In this document: positions 58,960 through 64,000 of the stretch, piece by piece
Numbering within the stretch: position 1 is the stretch's first letter
Layout of the letters: each line of letters begins with the position of its first letter
From: Myxococcota bacterium
GTDB lineage: Bacteria > Myxococcota_A > UBA9160 > SZUA-336
Direction: 5' to 3'
Assembly: GCA_965247115.1 (NCBI GenBank)
Contig: CBDFGR010000002.1
Coordinates: 704,001-768,000 of the forward strand
DNA: 64,000 bases
The notes under the pieces: model-generated
Told to the model about the DNA's origin: nothing
Databases searched by the model: none
What the model saw: only the letters and a program-made list of their open reading frames with translations
Position numbers and translations under genes: made by a program

Positions 58960-59497
58960 GTGCTGGTCCGTGGCGACGCTCGAGCGATTCCTCTGGCCGA
59001 CCAGGTGGCCGACTGCGTCGTGACCAGCCCTCCGTACTGGGGCCTGGCGGACCTACGAGATCGATGGCCAGATCGGCCTCGAGGAGACGCCCGCTGAGTA
59101 CCTCGAGGAGCTCCTGGCCGTGTTCCGGGAGGTACACCGCGTCCTCAAGCCAGAGGGGACGCTCTGGCTCAACCTGGGCGACTGCTACGTCTCTGCCCCG
59201 AGCAGCGACCACGGCTGGGACAAGAGCACGCTGACGCTGCCGAAGAGCCGCGAGCGCAAGATCCAGGCGGCGGCGCAGAAGGCCTCGCGGCTCAAGGGCC
59301 GGAAGTTCGAGGGCCTCAAGCCAAAGGACATGGTCGGGATGCCCTGGACGGTCGCGCTCGCGCTGCGCAACGAAGGCTGGTATCTGCGGCGGGACATCAT
59401 CTGGCACAAGCTATCGCCAATGCCCGAGGCAGTGATCGCCCAACGGCTGCGCACGAGTACCTGTTCCTGCTGGCCAAGTCTCGCCGCTACTACTACG
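58960..59497 (+). pseudogene. Phage-type N4/N6 DNA methyltransferase with two frameshifts and an IS-truncated 3' end
   Basis: VTSPPYWGL; frameshift near 59047; GQIGLEETP..FREVHRVLKPEGTLWLNLGD..DIIWHK; frameshift near 59432; DRPTAAHEYLFLLAKSRRYYY, then the IS IR. Confidence 0.88.
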
Positions 59498-59579
59498 GGC
59501 ACTGCCTCAGTCTGAAATCTTGAGCGGCTGATCTCCCGCTACCGGACCATGCTGCATTTCTCTATCCTTGCCGCTAAGC

Positions 59580-59816
59580 ATGGCGAAGCGGACAAAGAAG
59601 AAGCGCCCCCGAGACGTGATCGGAAACGCCGTGCGCGTGATGCGGGTCGCGACTGGTGAGGAAGACGCGGAGACGGCGGAGGAGACCGAGGAAAGCCCTG
59701 CTGCCCAGCTCGGCCGGAAGGGCGGCGAGGCCCGGGCGAAGCGTCTGACTTCTGAGCAGCGGCGCGAGATCGCCAAGAAGGGCGCGGCGGCTCGCTGGGG
59801 CAAGCGTAAGGAATAA
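59580..59816 (+). CDS. Small basic protein of the type found with IS1/IS1595-like transposases
   Basis: KRPRD....V..ATGE ... LGRKGGEARAKRLTSEQRREIAKKGAAARW. Confidence 0.75.
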   Translation: MAKRTKKKRPRDVIGNAVRVMRVATGEEDAETAEETEESPAAQLGRKGGEARAKRLTSEQRREIAKKGAAARWGKRKE

Positions 59817-59898
59817 TCCGAGGAATATTCCTCTTGACTTTGGGTCGCTCTCTGGCGAAACTCCTGGCATCGCGCGACTGCACGATGGGGGTGAGCCA

Positions 59899-60450
59899 AT
59901 GACCAAGCGACCGATGATCGAGGTGATGGCTTGCATGGATCCTTATCTCGATGACCTCAATGCGATCTGCCACGAGGCCGTGACGACGTATCAGGGAAAG
60001 GAATATAGCGATCGCGTCCGTTTGGAGCACACCCCAAGCACTCAGGCGAACTGCATCCACTCGCACATGGTCGCCGGCGCCCATCGCCTTCTCTCGGACC
60101 GGCCCGGTATCAGATTCCTCGAAGTGCGGGGTCTGAACATCTGGCTCTTCGGCTCGGAAGTGATCGTGAGGTTCAAGAAAATGGATCCCAGTGGACGGTC
60201 GCAAAACTACCAGACGCAGCAGGCAAAGGACTATGACGGCGGTGATGATCTGCCCGGCGTTCCACCGCCAGCTTGTCGGGTGACCGTTGGCTACGTGCTC
60301 GACCCACCGGGCTCTGGGATTCGCCGAGTTCAAGTCGCGCGTCCTTTCGGGCAGCAGGTCGAATGGTGTGCGGCGATCGTGCCTCCAGACGGGCGTCTGC
60401 CGGGAGCGCGGCTCTGGATCGATGTGACAAGTCAAAGGAATTTCGGCTAA
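59899..60450 (+). CDS. Hypothetical protein, candidate toxin partner of the downstream protease
   Basis: RFKK.D..G...N..T.Q and GY.L pattern; 21 bp upstream of the XRE-ImmA gene. Confidence 0.7.
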   Translation: MTKRPMIEVMACMDPYLDDLNAICHEAVTTYQGKEYSDRVRLEHTPSTQANCIHSHMVAGAHRLLSDRPGIRFLEVRGLNIWLFGSEVIVRFKKMDPSGRSQNYQTQQAKDYDGGDDLPGVPPPACRVTVGYVLDPPGSGIRRVQVARPFGQQVEWCAAIVPPDGRLPGARLWIDVTSQRNFG

Positions 60451-60471
60451 CTCATTCCGCGGAGCGGCACC

Positions 60472-61569
60472 GTGGACGAGTTCAATCATGAAATGCTCAT
60501 CCTCGCGCGTGAAGCGCGAGGCTTCACGCAAAGTGCGCTGGCAATGCGTATCTCTGTCGGGCAGGGCACGCTCTCGAAGTTCGAGACAGGAGTCGCGCAG
60601 CCTCAACGCAGGACCGTCACCGCTCTGGCCCGCGCTCTCGGCTATCCAGAGGCGTTTTTCCGCGAGCCTGGACATGCCTACGGATTCCCGCCGTTCCATT
60701 ACCGAAGGCGCAAGAAGCTGTCGGCGAAGGCGCTCGGTCGGATCATCGCGGAGATGAACATTCGGAGGCTTCACGTCCGCAAGCTTGCGCTCTCCTACCC
60801 CCCTCCTGCGAGCACCCTCATCCCCGAGATCGACATGGATGAGTACCAGGGAACCGACAGCCGCGTGCCTTCCGCGGAGGATGTTGCGCGGTCAGTCCGC
60901 GAGGCTTGGATGCTCTCCAGTGGGCCAGTGCCGAACATGATGGAGTTGATCGAGCAGAACGGCGGCATCGTGGTTCCCTTCGCGTTCAAGACCGCGCTGC
61001 TCGACGCGATGAGCCAGCGTATCGACGGAATGCCAGTTCTGTTCTTCGTGAACGTCAATTCACCTGCGGACCGGGTTCGCTACACGCTGGCCCACGAGTT
61101 GGGCCATATGTGCTTGCACACGACGGCACTCAAGAGCGACGAAGAGATGGAGCGTGAGGCCGACGCGTTCGCGGGTGCGTTTCTCTTGCCTGCCGACGAG
61201 ATCAAATCACAGCTACGACGCTTCGACCTCAGACACGTCGCGAACATGAAGGCGTATTGGAAGGTCGCCATGCAGGCGATCGCCGTGCGTGCTCATCGAC
61301 TGAATCTCATCACGCCGTACCAGTACAAGATGTTCTGGATCGAGATGGGGAAACTCGGCTATCGCCGACGCGAGCCGAACGAGCCCCTGCGCGAGACTCC
61401 GACGCTTCTGCACAGGATGGTTGCGTTCCATCGGAGCGAGCTTGGCTACTCGGTCGAAGATATGGCGAAACTACTCTGCCTCGAAGTGCCCGAATTTACG
61501 CTGATGTACGGGGCAGACGCCCCGTATGAGCCCGAAGTGGGTCGCAATCATCTTCGCCTCGTAAAGTGA
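60472..61569 (+). CDS. XRE HTH fused to ImmA/IrrE (COG2856, peptidase M78) zinc metallopeptidase
   Basis: AREARGFTQSALA..QGTLSKFETG, RYTLAHELGH and EREADAFAGAFLLP motifs. Confidence 0.9.
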   Translation: MDEFNHEMLILAREARGFTQSALAMRISVGQGTLSKFETGVAQPQRRTVTALARALGYPEAFFREPGHAYGFPPFHYRRRKKLSAKALGRIIAEMNIRRLHVRKLALSYPPPASTLIPEIDMDEYQGTDSRVPSAEDVARSVREAWMLSSGPVPNMMELIEQNGGIVVPFAFKTALLDAMSQRIDGMPVLFFVNVNSPADRVRYTLAHELGHMCLHTTALKSDEEMEREADAFAGAFLLPADEIKSQLRRFDLRHVANMKAYWKVAMQAIAVRAHRLNLITPYQYKMFWIEMGKLGYRRREPNEPLRETPTLLHRMVAFHRSELGYSVEDMAKLLCLEVPEFTLMYGADAPYEPEVGRNHLRLVK

Positions 61570-61579
61570 ACTTATTTGC

Positions 61580-61608
61580 TTGACGTTAGGCATAAAAGTT
61601 CATATAAT
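61580..61608 (+). promoter_or_regulatory. Near-consensus sigma70 promoter TTGACG-N17-TATAAT for the transposase
   Basis: Read directly; -10 ends 6 nt before the ATG at 61615. Confidence 0.8.
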
Positions 61609-61614
61609 GAGGCT

Positions 61615-62496
61615 ATGAACAGGTTGCCCCTTGAGAAGCGCGTCCAGATCCTATCGATGCTCTGCGAGGGCTCGTCTATGCGCTCGGTTTCCCGAGTGGC
61701 AGATGTGTCGATCAACACAGTCACCAAGCTTCTGGTAGATGCCGGAAATGCTTGCGCCGGGTTCCATGATGAGACGGTTCGCGGCGTTAGGGCGCAGCGT
61801 ATCCAGTGCGACGAGATCTGGTCGTTCTGCTACGCAAAGGCCAAGAACGTCCCAAACGCAAAGTCTGCGCCCGGATATGCAGGAGATGTCTGGACCTGGA
61901 CCGCACTCGATAGCGATAGCAAGCTACTTGTTTCGTATCTGATCGGTGGTCGCGATACAGAGTATGCCGTGGCGTTCATGAACGATCTGCGTTCGCGTCT
62001 TGCCAACCGTGTGCAACTCAGCACCGACGGGCATCGCGCCTATCTGAGCGCCGTCGAGGATGCATTCGCGGACGACGTAGATTATGGACAGATCATCAAG
62101 ATCTACGGAGAGCCACCGGGTCAGGACAAGCGCTATGGCCCCGCTATCTACAAGGGTACGCGCAAGTCGCGCGTGATCGGCTACCCAGATCCGCGGTACG
62201 TTTCGACTTCGCACATTGAGCGCAGCAACCTCTCATTTAGAATGCATATGCGCAGATTTACGCGGCTGACCAATGCACACTCAAAAAAGTTCGCGAATCA
62301 CTGTCACATGGTCGCTCTATACACAGTCTGGTACAACTTTGCTCGGCTTCACAAGTCCATACGGATGTCGCCGGCACTGGCTGCCGGGATCTCCGATCAT
62401 CTGTGGGACATGGCCGATATCGTCGGGCTGGTTGAGAAGGCCGAAGCGTCACGCTCCCGGGAGCGTGGCTCCTACCAGAAACGAGTTTCAAACTGA
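61615..62496 (+). CDS. IS1-family DDE transposase (single ORF)
   Basis: N-terminal HTH; QCDEIWSF, STDG, STSHIERSNL.R...RRFTRLTNAHSKK, YNF and SPA.AAG motifs; stop codon inside the right IR. Confidence 0.88.
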   Translation: MNRLPLEKRVQILSMLCEGSSMRSVSRVADVSINTVTKLLVDAGNACAGFHDETVRGVRAQRIQCDEIWSFCYAKAKNVPNAKSAPGYAGDVWTWTALDSDSKLLVSYLIGGRDTEYAVAFMNDLRSRLANRVQLSTDGHRAYLSAVEDAFADDVDYGQIIKIYGEPPGQDKRYGPAIYKGTRKSRVIGYPDPRYVSTSHIERSNLSFRMHMRRFTRLTNAHSKKFANHCHMVALYTVWYNFARLHKSIRMSPALAAGISDHLWDMADIVGLVEKAEASRSRERGSYQKRVSN

Positions 62497-62505
62497 GGCA
62501 GTACC

Positions 62506-62668
62506 GAATGGTTGGGTTGCGAGTCGGGTTCGCGGCAGCCACCACCAATTCACTCACCCTGACAGGGCCGGCGTCGTCACTGTGCCACATCCGAAGAAAG
62601 ACCTACCGATTGGAACGGCACGTAACATCTACCGTCAAGCCCAGTTGAAGTGGAGGGATCGCACATGA
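62506..62668 (+). pseudogene. hicA: HicA toxin, 5'-truncated
   Basis: NGW...RVRGSHHQFTHP..GVVTVPHPKKDLPIGT..I..QA; N-terminus replaced by the IS end. Confidence 0.88.
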
Positions 62669-63078
62669 GGTATCCCATCGTCGTCCACAAGGACGAAAGG
62701 AGCTGCTACGGCGCTACCGTGCCGGATCTTCCTGGCTGCTTCTCGGCCGGAGATACGCTGGACGAGGCGATTGAAGCCGCCCACGAGGCAATCGCTTTTC
62801 ACCTTGAGGGCTTGCTCATGCGGGGCGAGCCGATCCCCGCACCATCGCCGCTGGAGGTACACCAAGCCGATGAGCATCTCGCCGACGGAGTCTTCGCGAT
62901 CGTCACCGTTGACATCTCGAAGCTCTCGAGCAAGGCCGTGCGAGTCAACATCACGGTTCCAGCCCGCGTGCTCGCGATCATCGATGAAGCCGCGTCGCGG
63001 GAAGGAGAAACGCGCTCCGGGCTGATGACGCAGGCGGCGCTCCGTTATGTGGAGCAACAGACGAATGAGGGCAGGTGA
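62665..63078 (+). CDS. hicB: HicB antitoxin with C-terminal RHH
   Basis: YGATVPDLPGCFSAGDTLDEA and RVNITVP...ID...ETRS motifs. Confidence 0.92.
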   Translation: MRYPIVVHKDERSCYGATVPDLPGCFSAGDTLDEAIEAAHEAIAFHLEGLLMRGEPIPAPSPLEVHQADEHLADGVFAIVTVDISKLSSKAVRVNITVPARVLAIIDEAASREGETRSGLMTQAALRYVEQQTNEGR

Positions 63079-63244
63079 GCCCATTCCAAAACCGCTTCAC
63101 CGCTACTCCGTGGTAGCCTGACCGTATGACCCCGGACGAGTCTGCGCGTCCCAACAGGAGACCGCTACGGAACTTAGGTTCCTCCCCAAGGCGAAAACGC
63201 GGAGCTAAGTCTGGCCCCTCCGACTCAGAAAGAAGACCCACACA

Positions 63245-63322
63245 ATGAAGAAGAAGGAAATGGAGGCACTCGAGGCCGACGGTTGGGGGATCGGGACCTC
63301 CCAAGAGCTCCTGAACCTCTCG
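63245..63322 (+). pseudogene. N-terminal fragment resembling an XRE/HigA-like antitoxin
   Basis: MKKKEMEALEADGWGIGTSQELLNLS, then degenerates. Confidence 0.35.
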
Positions 63323-63399
63323 GGCGGACCATCGTGGGACTGCAACGGGTGGAGGGCAAGCGTCTCATGCTCCGGCCACCCAAGTCGGTCAGGGGCTAG

Positions 63400-63519
63400 A
63401 TGGCGGACAAGCAAATCACTGCTCTGATCGTTCCACAGGGCAAGATACTCGACTTCATCGACAACAAGCTCCGAAAGGAGACACCGGAAGAGTACGTCCG
63501 GCAGGAGATCGAGAAATCG
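63400..63519 (+). pseudogene. N-terminal fragment of an HsdR_N-type restriction / N6-methylase protein
   Basis: MADKQITALIVPQGKILDFIDNKLRKETPEEYVRQEIEKS (TPEExVRQ motif). Confidence 0.65.
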
Positions 63520-63800
63520 CCTGCAGGCTTCTTGAGATCTTCGATGCAGACCAATGTGATATCGCAGTGCTGGTGACTGGCGACACGGATCTAGCCCCTG
63601 CCGTGCGGACTGCCCAAGCTCTCTATCCTGAGAAATCGATCTTCTTCGCATTCCCCTTCGCAAGACAGAACCAAGAACTCCAAAAGCTGATCCCGGGACA
63701 CACGTTCAAGCTTAAGTACCCTCGCTATCTCCAGCACCAGTTCCCCGATCCACTGGTGCTACCAGGAGGCCGCGCGCTCACAAAACCCGCACGCTGGTAG
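63516..63800 (+). pseudogene. C-terminal fragment of an NYN (PIN-fold) domain protein
   Basis: IACRLLEIFDADQCDIAVLVTGDTDLAPAV...FAFP..R...EL...QFPD...KP.W. Confidence 0.7.
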
Positions 63801-63822
63801 AACTGGCCTGTGCGCTAAGTAC

Positions 63823-64000
63823 CTAGTTCCGAGAGTCCTCGACCGCTACGCGCTCTTCCGCTTCCCCCTTTCCGCGCTTCTTGGCGCCCTTGCGCTCGGA
63901 GCGGACTCGGCCGTGAGGCTTCTCCGCCGGGAGGTCGAGCTGAACGTGGTCGATCGGAGCTCTCTGGGCTTGCAAGTAGGGGAGATAAACCGGGGGAAGC
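63823..64000 (-). CDS. Possible 3' end of a gene entering from beyond the window
   Basis: Open minus frame FPRFISPYLQAQRAPIDHVQLDLPAEK...EDSRN-TAG. Confidence 0.35.
   Translation of the reverse strand, partial: LPPVYLPYLQAQRAPIDHVQLDLPAEKPHGRVRSERKGAKKRGKGEAEERVAVEDSRN

Larger units (their letters stand above)
59498..62505 (+). mobile_element. IS1-family element with three passenger genes (3008 bp)
   Basis: IRs GGCACTGCCTCAGTCTGAAA (59498-59517) and GGTACTGCCTCAGTTTGAAA (reverse complement of 62486-62505), 18/20 identical; both flanks are truncated genes. Confidence 0.85.
57929..64000. mobile_element. Decayed prophage or genomic island remnant downstream of selC (right boundary outside window)
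   Basis: Abrupt switch to short phage-like ORFs, MTase pseudogene, IS, TA and defence fragments; visibly more AT-rich. Confidence 0.7.

Noticed and set aside
58026..58962. CRISPR array or integron attC cassettes
   Set aside because: The repeats are short, degenerate, non-palindromic and about 300 bp apart. No GTTRRRY/RYYYAAC pairs, cas genes or intI were recognised.
62273..62668. Full-length 131-aa HicA fusion ORF
   Set aside because: Its first part is an alternative frame of the transposase and IR; only 62506 onward is HicA-like.

Overview
GC-rich bacterial chromosomal window. The gspC-M cluster, maf-yggS-proC-divIVA and split gcvPA/gcvPB point tentatively to a diderm Deltaproteobacteria/Myxococcota-like organism (inference). 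1-14 kb: a methylamine/N-methylglutamate-type nitrogen cluster with two divergent GS-like ligases, two class II amidotransferases, glxC/glxD, one FAD oxidoreductase, an atypical Amt transporter, GltS, a PhyH dioxygenase and two regulators. 14-21 kb: miscellaneous genes, including a split MotA/ZorA-like membrane domain followed by PilZ. 21-30 kb (minus): a dnaK-lon-led run that continues into an OmpA/MotB lipoprotein, glycerate kinase, two c-type cytochromes and a flavin reductase. 31-43 kb: a type II secretion operon whose secretin ends in a SPOR domain. 43-56.5 kb: housekeeping genes (maf, yggS, proC, divIVA, folD, gcvT/H/PA/PB), an M48 protease and a methyltransferase-uracil DNA glycosylase fusion. 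56.5-64 kb: an intact IS5-family element, then tRNA-Sec (selC), then a decayed phage-like island. The island holds short genes joined by a repeated linker motif, a broken DNA methyltransferase, and a 3-kb IS1-family element carrying passenger genes (candidate toxin plus XRE/ImmA protease). It also holds a decapitated hicA with intact hicB and fused fragments of defence-type genes. All calls come from motif recognition by eye; no searches were run.
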